A DNA stretch of 64,000 nt. Source: a virus. This document shows, one piece after another, positions 53,925 through 63,821 of this stretch. The stretch lies in IMG/VR virus record IMGVR_UViG_3300038425_000174; one strand, written 5' to 3'. Both the position numbers and the translations under genes were made by a program. Position 1 is the stretch's first letter. Each line of letters opens with the position of its first letter. The notes under the pieces are model-generated. The model had not been told where the DNA came from. It saw nothing but the letters and a program-made list of their open reading frames with translations, and searched no databases.

Positions 53925-54227
53925 TCATGATGCCAGCGCCGCCAGCATCGCGCCGTCTTCAATACCGAGGCGTTTGCCGAACTCCACCCCCGCCAGGAAG
54001 ACGGAGAACGCGCCCGTCACCGTCGCACCCTCGGAGTCGGTCCGCTGGAGCGCCTGAGCGATCGTGCCGCTGAGGACGTCGCTCGCGTATAGACCCAGAC
54101 CGGCCACGGTCTCATCGGCGATGTCCCCGAAAACATGGTGGGTCTGCTCCAGGATCGTCCGCGGGCCTTCGGCGTCTTCGGCAATCAGCACGTCGATCGC
54201 CGTCTGGATGCGCTCCTCGATCGTCAT
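53925..54227 (-). CDS. Hypothetical protein
   Basis: SD GGGAG before MTIEER. Confidence 0.5.
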   Translation of the reverse strand: MTIEERIQTAIDVLIAEDAEGPRTILEQTHHVFGDIADETVAGLGLYASDVLSGTIAQALQRTDSEGATVTGAFSVFLAGVEFGKRLGIEDGAMLAALAS

Positions 54228-54375
54228 GCCAATCTCCCGATTGCGAGTGCGCCGCCCGACGCAATGAGAGCGACGGCCACTACCGTGGCCGCGAACCCTT
54301 TGACGGTGCCGCCGCCGTGGACCATGCCGGCGATAAGCCAAACCACTGCCGTGAGGTAAATCACCGCGGCGATCA

Positions 54376-54768
54376 TCAGAACGGCACCTCGTCGTCAACC
54401 GGCGGTGTGGTGTCCGGGGCCGGCTGGCGACCGTTCGCGCTCGACTGTAGGAACTGCACAGCGCTCGCGCTGACCTGCACGCGCTCGCGTTTGGTCCCGT
54501 CCTGGGCATCCCAGCGGCGCTGCACGAGCTTGCCTACGACACCGATACGGTGTCCCTTGCTCGCGTGTTTCGCCAGCGCCTCACCCTGCCTGCCGAAGAC
54601 CGTCACGTTGAAGAAGTTAGGGTAGTCCTCCCAACCTTCCCCCTTCTTGACAGATCCGTTCACTGCGATGCTTGCCTCGCAGAGACTTTTTCCGGTCGTC
54701 GTGGTGCGCAGCTCCGGGTCTCGGGTGAGCCGCCCGATCAGCGTTACGTTGTTCACATCCTGTGCCAT
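54376..54768 (-). CDS. ssb: Single-stranded DNA-binding protein
   Basis: NNVTLIGRLTRDPELR...; acidic tail DDEVPF. Confidence 0.95.
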   Translation of the reverse strand: MAQDVNNVTLIGRLTRDPELRTTTTGKSLCEASIAVNGSVKKGEGWEDYPNFFNVTVFGRQGEALAKHASKGHRIGVVGKLVQRRWDAQDGTKRERVQVSASAVQFLQSSANGRQPAPDTTPPVDDEVPF

Positions 54769-54779
54769 TGATTCTCCCT

Positions 54780-56122
54780 TTAGATTCCGACGTCGTGCGG
54801 GTTGATTCCGAGTACCATGCTCAGTGCTGCCGCCTGCTCGTAGGGGATGAAGATTTTGAGCCCTACCCACCCGTTACCATTTGACTTTGCACAGCAGCCC
54901 AGCGCTTCGCATAGCCTCAGGACCAGAACCTTGGGCTTGCCAGTGAATAAGGAGGAGCCGTAGTGGGCTCCATCTTCCGCCTCCATCTGTCGGAGCTGCT
55001 TGAGAAACGCCTTCGCGATCTCCAGCCTCTCTCCAGGATTTGCCAAGAACGCGTCGCGAAGGCGCTCGTTTGGTACCGCCCTCAGGTAAACCAGGTCGAC
55101 TAGAGCGTTCCCCTCTATACGCGGGTGCCTGGCACCCAGCTCTTTACAATGCAACACCCATCGACGAACGTCCTCGGAGGTGTACTGGCCCTGTGTCGCT
55201 TCAGCTGTGAGACTGTAGAGACGTAAATAGCACTTACCCAGCGCCTCCTCAAGCTCGTCGTTTCCCAGATGTCGTGCCTCCCGCTCAAGAGCCTTCCGTT
55301 CTCTGGTCAGAATGTCGACCTGCCCACGAATACGCTGCTCTAGCTCTAGCTGTCCCCGTGCCCACTCGGCGTCAGGATCGTCCTGCGCCATCGTAAGCGT
55401 AATCTGCTTTTGGTCGATCATGATGCTCCCCATGTTTTGACGTGCTCCTCACGCATAGCAACGGCACGATCACATGGTGGCTTGAATATTTCAACACTCT
55501 CGGAAAACCTACTCATTCCAATCACCCGCCTGACGGCTCCATGCGCCCATCGTCAGCAGCACTGCCCGGTCGTCACGGCATAGCCGTACGCGCTCCATAG
55601 CGGCCCTGTCGCGGGCCGCGGCTTCGTCCCGAGCCTCTTTAGCCGCCTTCACGCTGTCCACGCCCTTAGCGAGCGTTTCTGCGATCGTGGAGCCGTGCGC
55701 GACCTTGAGCGTGCCGACCGCGACCGCGAGCTGCTTGTGATACGCGCCCTCGGCCCCCGCGAGCGCCTTCCCCGCCAGCTCCGCGTCGGTGATCGCCTTG
55801 CGGTGTTCCCTGCTCACCGTCATGGCGGCCCTACGAAACTGCGGGTAGTCGTAGGGCTCGCTTCCAGTCAGGTCGTGGTCCAGGACCTCGTAGACCTCGC
55901 CGGTATCAGGGTCGGCAAGTGTCCTCATGAGAAGAGACGCTTCACTGTCTCCCGAGTGCTCCAGCGACGCTCCTGTGCGTCGACGAGCCGTTCGTGAGCG
56001 TCTGCCAGGGCGTCGGCCAGCTTCTGCGCCGTCGTGTCGGCACGCTCATGAACACGACGCGCCCTCTGGTGTGTCCGCAGGGCGGATACCTCGACTCGCT
56101 CCTGCTTGTTGAACGGAATCAT
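54780..56122 (-). CDS. Three hypothetical ORFs (54780-55433, 55509-55928, 55925-56122)
   Basis: Leftward, partly coupled; the second is coiled-coil. Confidence 0.5.
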
Positions 56123-56787
56123 GCCGTCACCTTTGTCTCGCTTGAGAGCCACTGTTCAACGTCCTCGGCCGCGTCGACATTCAGATGGCCGATCTTGCCC
56201 GTGTCCACACCCACGTCCGCGAGCTTCGCTATCAGCACGGGTCGTATCGTCAAAACGCCATTCTCCTGGCTGGCGAGCCCCACTTTCATGGCCTGTTCAA
56301 GGATCAGCTTCGCCCGATCGCTCGGTATCCTGGGCGCCGGCTGGCGCTCGGGCTGCTCGCTCACCTGGTCCTTCTCCGGATCATCCCCGGTGGGGATCAG
56401 CAAAAGGTTCAGCAAGAAATACTTGAGCGCACCCGTGTATGCCTTGTAAAGACCCTTGTCGCCCCCGACGTCGGCGCCAGCTCCGAGCCACGCGCACGTG
56501 TACTGATCTCCGTCGATGTCGAGGTTCACTAGCGTGTAGTCGATTTCGAGCGTCGTTAGAAAGCTCTTGCCGCCCGTCTCGGTGAAGTGGTCGAGCGAGC
56601 CCGGCACCACCTTCGGAACGAGCACGACGCGCGCCTTGTGCAGCTCCTCTCGGATCTGGCGCACCACGTCCTCGGAGCGCACGTAGCTGTAACCGAGCGT
56701 CTCGTTGCGTCCCTGCTTGGCTATTCCCGAGACGGCGTGCGACACGTCTGCGAGCTTCTCGGCGAGCGTCTTTACATCGCTGGACAA
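56119..56787 (-). CDS. ERF-family ssDNA annealing protein
   Basis: KQGRN...YSYVRSEDV...DKGLYKAYTGALKYFL...IPTGDDPE; SD AAGGAG before TTG 56787. Confidence 0.85.
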   Translation of the reverse strand: MSSDVKTLAEKLADVSHAVSGIAKQGRNETLGYSYVRSEDVVRQIREELHKARVVLVPKVVPGSLDHFTETGGKSFLTTLEIDYTLVNLDIDGDQYTCAWLGAGADVGGDKGLYKAYTGALKYFLLNLLLIPTGDDPEKDQVSEQPERQPAPRIPSDRAKLILEQAMKVGLASQENGVLTIRPVLIAKLADVGVDTGKIGHLNVDAAEDVEQWLSSETKVTA

Positions 56788-56872
56788 GATATCCTCTCCT
56801 TTGGTATGATCCCGCGCATGGGCATAAGAAACTGGATACGGCGTAGGCAACTGCTGCGGTTGATGGCGCAAC

Positions 56873-57757
56873 TCAACGAGGTGTCCCCTGACTGGCCCGA
56901 GGAGGTCGACCGGACCGTGCCGGCGCGAGCGCTTGAATCTCGCGCTTCGCCTTCTCAGCCGCCAGGTACGCCAGGAAGTGCTCAGGCGTGGCGCAGCTCC
57001 GAACCAGATCGTACGTCCCCTCCTCATGAGTGTTGAGCACATACTGCGCGTCGGTTGGCGAGAAGCCCATCTCGACGCCGGCTAGCTCGTAGCCGGCGAG
57101 CTGAGGAAAGTGACTCGTCGGGTACACACCCTTGCTCGTCTTCAGATCGACCAGGCACAGCACCGCCTCGGTGTTACAGCCGGAGCAGACCATGTCCGTA
57201 CTGTCGTCGGGTGGGTCGGGTTGACACTCCACGCACCACTTCTCGTTCGGCGGGTCCTGCTTCAGGCCCAGCTTCGTACCCGGCATGACGCAGCGGATGT
57301 CGTAGCGCCCCGCGAAGCCGTGCCTGACGGAGACCACCTGGACCTCGGTGGCGACGAACACGGGTCGATAGTCGAGGTACCAGCGGAGGAATCCCCGCAC
57401 GTGCCCACGGACCTTCTCCGGATACTTCGTCAGATCGCTGACGGTTCCGTCCTGGGCGAGCGCCTCTAGTGCATCATGGGTCCACGTTCCTTCCTGGCCG
57501 CGCTTGTTGCGCTTCGCGTTCGGGGTGAGCTTGCGTCGTTTCAGCTCCCCGCGCAGCTCCTCCACAGTGAAGGTGAGCTTGCCGGGGTCGTAGACCTCAC
57601 TCGCAGCCTCATAGCCCAGCCGCCATCCCCACCACGAGGCGGGTCCCCAGGCGTCGTCCCCGATCTTCGCGATCGTCGAGACACCTAGCAGCTTCTCACC
57701 ATTCAAGGTGTAACTGTGGGACGCGTCATCGTAGATGACGTCCGGACGCGTGATCAT
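56873..57757 (-). CDS. PD-(D/E)XK exonuclease with zinc-ribbon insert
   Basis: FAGRYD...VDLKT...QLAGY; CxxC...CxxC insert. Confidence 0.85.
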   Translation of the reverse strand: MITRPDVIYDDASHSYTLNGEKLLGVSTIAKIGDDAWGPASWWGWRLGYEAASEVYDPGKLTFTVEELRGELKRRKLTPNAKRNKRGQEGTWTHDALEALAQDGTVSDLTKYPEKVRGHVRGFLRWYLDYRPVFVATEVQVVSVRHGFAGRYDIRCVMPGTKLGLKQDPPNEKWCVECQPDPPDDSTDMVCSGCNTEAVLCLVDLKTSKGVYPTSHFPQLAGYELAGVEMGFSPTDAQYVLNTHEEGTYDLVRSCATPEHFLAYLAAEKAKREIQALAPARSGRPPRASQGTPR

Positions 57758-58395
57758 TATGAGCCCGCCTCATCCTGAGGCCAGCCGCTAAGAGGTCCTG
57801 CCGGAAGTCCGAGGTCTAGGTCTCTTGCCTTCTCCCACTTTCTAAGTACTGAAAGCGCCTGTTCCCGCTTGATGGGACCGAGGTACGGCCATAGGCAAAT
57901 CACCACGTGAAGCACGTCGTCGAAAGCCGCCACGGTGTAGTGCCAACACGTCGTCGTACCTGACGGCGGCCTGATGTATCCGATGCCCCCTACGGACCCC
58001 TTGAACCGAAGAAGCAGAAGGGGCGACTTCTGGACGACGGTGATCTGCGCCCTGCCCTTGGACCGTATGTTACCCTTTCTGTCTCGTTGAAGTGTGTGAT
58101 TGACGTTCCCCTCTCCGTCAAAAAACCCCGCCGCCCAAGCGATATCTGGCTGGCTAGCAAGCGCCCCATTCATCAGCGCCTTGCTTGACTCGTACGGTCC
58201 TATCAGCGTGCGGTAAAGCTCTAACTTCGCCCCCTCGATCGCGCCCAGCAGGTCATTGTAGGTCTGGTATGACTCGCCGCGCTGAAACCAGTACGATTCT
58301 AGCTGCCACGTTAGGATAAAGTTCAGCTCGCCGACCGTCGTCGGGCGACGTCCCCGCGTCAGCTCCTCCCTCACTTTCTCAGCTAGGTACGGCAT
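57757..58395 (-). CDS. Conserved phage helical domain (DUF6899-like) fused to a LAGLIDADG endonuclease
   Basis: GELNF...YNDLLGAIEGAKLELYR...PYE, then IAWAAGFFDGEG. Confidence 0.75.
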   Translation of the reverse strand: MPYLAEKVREELTRGRRPTTVGELNFILTWQLESYWFQRGESYQTYNDLLGAIEGAKLELYRTLIGPYESSKALMNGALASQPDIAWAAGFFDGEGNVNHTLQRDRKGNIRSKGRAQITVVQKSPLLLLRFKGSVGGIGYIRPPSGTTTCWHYTVAAFDDVLHVVICLWPYLGPIKREQALSVLRKWEKARDLDLGLPAGPLSGWPQDEAGS

Positions 58396-59152
58396 CGGTC
58401 CCCCTGTCGTCGAGATCCGGATGGTGCTTGCGAAAGTACATGAGCGCGAGCGCGTGAAACACCACCGACGCCATGTGGTCGCATTCGGTCTCCGGATCGA
58501 TGTCCTCGCCCTGCCAGAAGGCGACAGCGTGGCGGATGAGTGAGCTGAAGCTCAGTTTCCAGGCGTAGCCCTTGCACCAGTTGTGCTCGGAATACTTTGC
58601 CGCGCCTCGCTCGTAAAGCCTGGCGACCTCGTCCATCGGCTCCCAGGGGATCAGGTCGTAGCGCTCGCGCTTGCTGCCCTTTTCACCACCGGTCTTCTCG
58701 TTCACCATCCTGACCTCGCTCGGCACGAACGTCACGACCCTCTTTGGCTTCGGGGACGAATAGCCGTGCGCGATATCGACTTCCTGTGGGCACACCTCCT
58801 CCAGCGATGGATACTGGAGGATCGGTAAACCACACAGCCGTCCGACATAGCTCTCCAGTTTCGCTCCACGTGACTCCAGCCAGCCTGGCAGCACCACGAT
58901 CGCTTCGATCCCGTCGTCGGCGATCAGTTCCACGTCCCGAGCGAGAAGTTTGCCCCAGGTATCGCCAAGCGCATAGCCTGCGGGGTCGCCGTCCACGGAC
59001 GACAGGGCGGCGGCGCGCGCTGCTGGCGAGTCCAGCTCGGCTGGCGAAATGACCTCATGGCCACGCTCGCGAAGATCCTTAGCGGCAGCGTCGAACGCAG
59101 GGAAGTTCATCTGGGGGTAGTGGCTCATCGGGCCGCCGCAGTAAACCTTCAT
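58379..59152 (-). CDS. DUF4406 (nucleoside deoxyribosyltransferase-like) fused to a dATP/dGTP diphosphohydrolase domain (DUF5664)
   Basis: VYCGGPMS..NFPAF...LPGWLESRGAKLE; RYDLIP...GAAKYSEHNW..G...SLIRH...DPET..HM. Confidence 0.8.
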   Translation of the reverse strand: MKVYCGGPMSHYPQMNFPAFDAAAKDLRERGHEVISPAELDSPAARAAALSSVDGDPAGYALGDTWGKLLARDVELIADDGIEAIVVLPGWLESRGAKLESYVGRLCGLPILQYPSLEEVCPQEVDIAHGYSSPKPKRVVTFVPSEVRMVNEKTGGEKGSKRERYDLIPWEPMDEVARLYERGAAKYSEHNWCKGYAWKLSFSSLIRHAVAFWQGEDIDPETECDHMASVVFHALALMYFRKHHPDLDDRGTDAVPS

Positions 59153-59279
59153 CGCGCGAGATCCTTTCCGCACTTGATGCACCGTCGCACGACTTCCCCG
59201 TCCTCGTATTCCACGACGGGCCACGGCCGCGGCTGGCCGTCCTGGCCCTTGCAGGCGCATGGTTTCAGAATGTCGGCCT

Positions 59280-59609
59280 TCATCGGACCGCTTTCGCGAG
59301 GAGGTGGAAGAAGAAGTCGAGTGGAACGTCAGCTCGCCATCCTCCGCGATTCCGTCGCCAAATCACGCACGGCTGCCCCTCCGGCGCCGCGTCCCTCACG
59401 GCCTGGCGGACCATCGCGTCGACCGATAGTCTCTCGTCGCGCTTCACCTCGACGTGAACGTGCGGCGCTTGCTCAATGGTTACGTCCGCCGATCCCTGTC
59501 GGCCTGCCTGGAGCGGAGCCGTCCTACGTGCGTCGAGCCCGAAGGTACGTGCGATACGCACGACCTCCCGCTCCCCTTGCTTACCCTTAGTGACGCTCGT
59601 GCTTGCCAT
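59280..59609 (-). CDS. Holliday junction resolvase (PD-(D/E)XK)
   Basis: KGKQGEREV...ADV...HVEVKR. Confidence 0.8.
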   Translation of the reverse strand: MASTSVTKGKQGEREVVRIARTFGLDARRTAPLQAGRQGSADVTIEQAPHVHVEVKRDERLSVDAMVRQAVRDAAPEGQPCVIWRRNRGGWRADVPLDFFFHLLAKAVR

Positions 59610-59613
59610 CTGC

Positions 59614-59922
59614 TTACAGGCTACGTGCCCGACCCACACTTCTATGCCGGGCGCGCTCAATTCCACCCGCAGCACGCACCAGCGCGACCTGCTCCTTCAG
59701 GGTGAGGTGCGCCAGTAGGTCAAGCTCGTGAGCGTCGTAGTCGTCGTGACAACCGCAGCCGCCCTTGATACGCGAGCACAGCGGGACGATGAGGTCCGGA
59801 TCGTCGAAGCCTCCACCGCCGAGCGAGCGGTCCCAGAGGTGCGCCGCGTCGCATCTGTCGGCCGGCACTCCGCACACCCGGCACTGGCCCTCAAGCTCGA
59901 CCTTTTCACGAGCGGGGTTCAT
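59614..59922 (-). CDS. Small HNH-like protein
   Basis: CRVCG...AAHLW...VPLC...CH; ATGA overlap with the primase gene. Confidence 0.6.
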   Translation of the reverse strand: MNPAREKVELEGQCRVCGVPADRCDAAHLWDRSLGGGGFDDPDLIVPLCSRIKGGCGCHDDYDAHELDLLAHLTLKEQVALVRAAGGIERARHRSVGRARSL

Positions 59923-60770
59923 CCGAAGATCCCCTGTAGTCGCTCCCGGCACTCCATGAAGTCGCTGCCTTGCAACGGCATCGGATAACCCCACAGCAGG
60001 CCCGCAAGCGTATAGATATTGCCCCCGAGCACCTGCTGGCCGTTGAGCGGTTCGCACGCGAAGCAGCTCCAGAGGGCACCGTCCACCTTGAAACTGGGCG
60101 TGCGCTCACAGCCGTCCTTGTGGAACGGGCACGTCACCCAGCCGAAGTCATCGGCACGTCTGCCGGCGATCCTCTCGACGTACACGCTCGCTGGTATCCG
60201 CCGTAGGTCGTCGTCGGTGGCCGTGTTGCGTTGCCGGGCCGCGGTTACGACCGGCCGGCGCATTCGCGCAAGCCACGGCTCGGGCAGGTCGGCGATCCGC
60301 ACTTCCGCAGGATCTCCATCGACTGACCAGAGATAGGCAGATCCCGAAGGATGAATCGACGGCGGCGCCACGATGTAGCCGGCGTCCTTGATGTCAACCC
60401 CGTCACCGAGCGAAGCTCTGAACGATCCGCCAGGGTGCCTGAAGAGGATGTGCTGGCCACCACCGCCGGAGAACGCTTCGAAAGTTATAGGGAGTTTGCC
60501 CAAACTCGCTATAAGCCCATGCAGCGTGTCCTCACCGCCGTTCCGCGGATCGATGTCCAGCACGACAAGGTTGGACTGCTCGCAGTTGATTCCAATGTTT
60601 GCGGATGGCCTGAGCTGCCACCAGCGGAACACCGTGCCCAGATCCGTGGTGGAGTCGTTCTTGCCGTGAGACACGAGGTAGGGATCGGGACGCTTCCCCC
60701 GTGGCATCAGGGGGAGCACCGACCACCCCCGTAGCGCGTAGTCGCAGGCGGCGTCGCGTAGATCGCTCAT
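59919..60770 (-). CDS. Bifunctional primase/polymerase (Prim-Pol) with C-terminal CHC2 zinc finger
   Basis: ANIGI...VVLDIDPRNG...SGGGGQH...YIVAPPSIH; CPFH...PSF...CFAC. Confidence 0.9.
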   Translation of the reverse strand: MSDLRDAACDYALRGWSVLPLMPRGKRPDPYLVSHGKNDSTTDLGTVFRWWQLRPSANIGINCEQSNLVVLDIDPRNGGEDTLHGLIASLGKLPITFEAFSGGGGQHILFRHPGGSFRASLGDGVDIKDAGYIVAPPSIHPSGSAYLWSVDGDPAEVRIADLPEPWLARMRRPVVTAARQRNTATDDDLRRIPASVYVERIAGRRADDFGWVTCPFHKDGCERTPSFKVDGALWSCFACEPLNGQQVLGGNIYTLAGLLWGYPMPLQGSDFMECRERLQGIFG

Positions 60771-61926
60771 CGCCGGAACAGCTTTCGCAAGCGGCGCTCA
60801 GGAAGCTCGGCCAGCCCGATCGACCGTGCGAATGCGGCGAGATCGGTTGCCGTTTTCGCCACCTTTTGGCAACTCGCAACATCCGCGCTGGTGATCCGGC
60901 GGCTGTGTGGCGGGTACCACTCGTCGACGAGCCACGACGGCGGCACGAATTCACCTGCTCTCGTCACAACGGGCCTCATAACAGCAGCAGTCCGTTGGCG
61001 ACGGCGAGGCAGATCGACGCCACGCCCTGTCGGTGGTTGCCGGACGCGACGTCGATCACCCCGAGCACCACGAAGGCGCTCACGGCGAGATAGATACACG
61101 CTAGCCTCATCCGATGGTGGTCGGCGTCATCAGTCACGTTCCATCTCGCGGCGGCGCGCTTCCCTATCCCTGACCTCCTGAGCGGTTTCGATCTGCCCGG
61201 GCTCAGGGGACGCTTCCATGACTGCTGCCAGTAACTCGTCGTGACTCGGAAGCTCCATCATCCGTACTACCTCAAGGGCCTTTTCGATGGTGCCAGCGGC
61301 TCGGATTTTTACGAGATCCCGTAAAAATCCGAGCGCGATCCGCATGTATTCCGAGGCCGTCATGGGACCGCCTACCAGTCCATCCCGCACCGTCCCCCAG
61401 TCACCATCATGCCGTGTCTTCTTCTTGCGAACCACTAGGCCCGCACCCGCGAGGATTGCGTAGCCGAGAGCACCCGATTGAAAGGTGCCGACCCCGGCGT
61501 GCGCCTTACGGACGATGTTGTCCACGGCCCTGGGGGTAACCGCCGCCTGAAACGTCGGCAGCGCCAGCTCGGTGCTCATCCTGACTCCTTCAGTTGTTTG
61601 GTATAGACCTTCCGCACCTCCATCGCAGACTCGTTGTCCAGTATCGACACGGCCCGCTTCATCGCGGCGAGCATGGCCCTCTCGCGCCGTTCCGCCTCAC
61701 GCATGTTGTGCAGGAATACCTGGGCTTCCGCCCGTCCACCCGTGTCGTGAATCAGCTCGAACTCAGGCGGCGCGTCCCCAATCGGGAACCAGCGCTCATA
61801 CACCGTGCCGTCCTTCATGTAGACGAATAGGAACTCCCCCTCGCTGTCTCCGTAGCGCTTCTCCATGCGCACGTAGAGCATCGGGAGTCCCTCGGGTGTG
61901 CGGTAAATCTGTCCAGGCGCGAGCAT
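60767..61926 (-). CDS. Three hypothetical ORFs (60767-61099, 61130-61579, 61576-61926)
   Basis: The first gene of the operon starts 8 nt after a TAGCTT -10. Confidence 0.55.
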
Positions 61927-61934
61927 CGGGACAA

Positions 61935-62060
61935 AAGCTAGGCGCCCGACCCACACTCGCCCAGTGTGGGTCGGGTCGTTATGCTGAAGCCGGACGTCGA
62001 GACTGTTTCTTTTGTAGCTAGGGTCCTCTAGCTAAGAGTGTGGGTCCGTCTGCTACCTTT
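61935..62060. promoter_or_regulatory. Back-to-back promoters carrying the GTGTGGGTC motif
   Basis: Perfect 13-bp inverted repeat 61945-61957 / 61963-61975; -10 hexamers at 61935-61940 (-), 61980-61985 (+) and 62054-62059 (+). Confidence 0.7.
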
Positions 62061-62171
62061 CATAGTGCAGTCCAATGCTCGACTGTTCCTCGAACTTCGA
62101 GGAACAGGATAGGTAGGAACCGAACAGGGGCACACTCGGGAAACGGAGCCCCCATATTACGGGGGAGGGGT

Positions 62172-62848
62172 ATGTCTAAGACGACTGGTTGGCAGTCGCC
62201 GTTTTCCAGGGCTGACAAACGCCAGAAGCAGGCTCACCTTCATCAAGAACTTCTGGTTATGGTGCCGAATCTGACGAGCGCACCACCTCACGGCGTACGG
62301 ACGAGGACGAAGATCAAGGAACTGCGCCTCAGTCGCAAGCAGCGCAACCGGCACGCCGTCGAACGCAACCTCTTGTCGTACATCGAGTGCTCGAATTCAA
62401 AGTCGCCGACGGCGACTTTGAAAAGGACGGAGGCTGGTTGTGGGGCGTGACGACATCTGCACCGTCGCCCGGCGCATAGACGACTACCGGGCGATCACCG
62501 GTCGCGGCCTTCGCGGGCTCTTCAAGTCCGTCGACATCGACGAGGAGGATCTCGGCCACCTGGCCCGCCACGCATCGCAGCTTGCGGATCTGGAGCCGGT
62601 CTCTTTCGCATGGGGACTTCTGTTCGGACTGATGCTCGCTCGCGAGCAAGCACCGCTAGAGGAACTCACAGATCATGATCTTTCCGAGCTACTTCAAGGC
62701 TGACGTGTGCGACGAATGCCCCGATCCAGGACTTTGCGCGGCTGAAGGCTGCCTTGCCGATCTACCGCCCTACGACGATCCGGACATTATGTTCGACGAT
62801 CCCGACGCGGAGGCGATCGAGGTCTGGATGCGAGAGGTGTCAAGTTGA
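62172..62848 (+). CDS. Three small hypothetical ORFs (62172-62450, 62440-62703, 62675-62848)
   Basis: SD before the first two; overlapping chain. Confidence 0.45.
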
Positions 62849-62861
62849 GCGTCGCAGTTCG

Positions 62862-63821
62862 ATGAGTCTTGAGGACGCAATCGCCGACATCGGGCGCACA
62901 TTCGGCGCTGGAAGCATTCTCCGGCTCGCCAGCTCACCGTCACTTGATGTGGAGGTAGTGCCTACGGGCGCCCTCACTCTTGACATGGCTCTGGGAGTGG
63001 GCGGACTGCCGCGTGGTCGCATCGTAGAGATCTTCGGTCCCGAGTCCTCCGGTAAGACGACGCTCGTGCAGCACGTCATCGCCAACGCCCAGGCTGCCGG
63101 CGGTGTGTGTGCGTTCATAGACGCCGAGCACGCGCTTGATCCCGCGTATGCCGAGGCCACCGGGGTGAACACGAAGGAGCTTCTTTTCTCTCAGCCGAAC
63201 AGCGGCGAGGAGGCGTTGGAGATCGCGAGCAGGCTTGTTGCGTCCGGTGAGGTAGCGGTGATCGCGATCGACTCCGTCGCAGCACTCACGCCGAGGGCTG
63301 AGCTTGCCGGTGAGATGGGCGACGCCTCGATCGGGCTCCAGGCACGGCTGATGGGGCAAGCGATGCGCAAGCTCGCCGGTCCAGCGTCCCGAAGCAAAAC
63401 GCTGATCGTCTTCACCAACCAGATCCGCGAAAAGGTCGGGGTCATGTTCGGCTCGCCGGAGACTCAGCCCGGTGGTCGAGCACTGAAGTTCCAGGCGACG
63501 CAGCGTCTCGACATCCGCCGTATCGGTACGGATAAGGATTCAGCCGGCGCGGCCTTCCAGAACCGGGTTCGTGTAAAGGTCGTGAAGAACAAGGTCGCTT
63601 CGCCATACCGTCAGGCCGAGTTCTCCATTCGCTTCGGAGAAGGTATTGACACGGTCGGCGAGCTGCTCGATCTTGCGGTTACGCAAGGCGTCATCAAGAA
63701 GGCCGGCGCCTGGTTTCAGGTTGATGGCGATCGGATACAGGGCTACGAGGCTGCACGCACCGCGTTGATCGACCTCCCGGATCTGATGGCATCTATTCGC
63801 GCCACGGCGCTCGACGTATGA
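62862..63821 (+). CDS. recA: RecA recombinase
   Basis: GGLPRGRIVEIFGPESSGKTT, FIDAEHALD, IDSVAALTPRAE, QARLMGQAMRKL, FTNQIREKVG; lacks the acidic C-terminal tail. Confidence 0.97.
   Translation: MSLEDAIADIGRTFGAGSILRLASSPSLDVEVVPTGALTLDMALGVGGLPRGRIVEIFGPESSGKTTLVQHVIANAQAAGGVCAFIDAEHALDPAYAEATGVNTKELLFSQPNSGEEALEIASRLVASGEVAVIAIDSVAALTPRAELAGEMGDASIGLQARLMGQAMRKLAGPASRSKTLIVFTNQIREKVGVMFGSPETQPGGRALKFQATQRLDIRRIGTDKDSAGAAFQNRVRVKVVKNKVASPYRQAEFSIRFGEGIDTVGELLDLAVTQGVIKKAGAWFQVDGDRIQGYEAARTALIDLPDLMASIRATALDV

Noticed and set aside
43427-58395. Inteins in the S1 protease insertion or the LAGLIDADG fusion
   Set aside because: No Cys/Ser-start and His-Asn-end splice motifs at the boundaries.
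58379-59152. 2-aminoadenine (Z) genome pathway
   Set aside because: No PurZ or dedicated polymerase in the window, and a host-like RecA/MmeI context gives no support; cannot be excluded outside the window.
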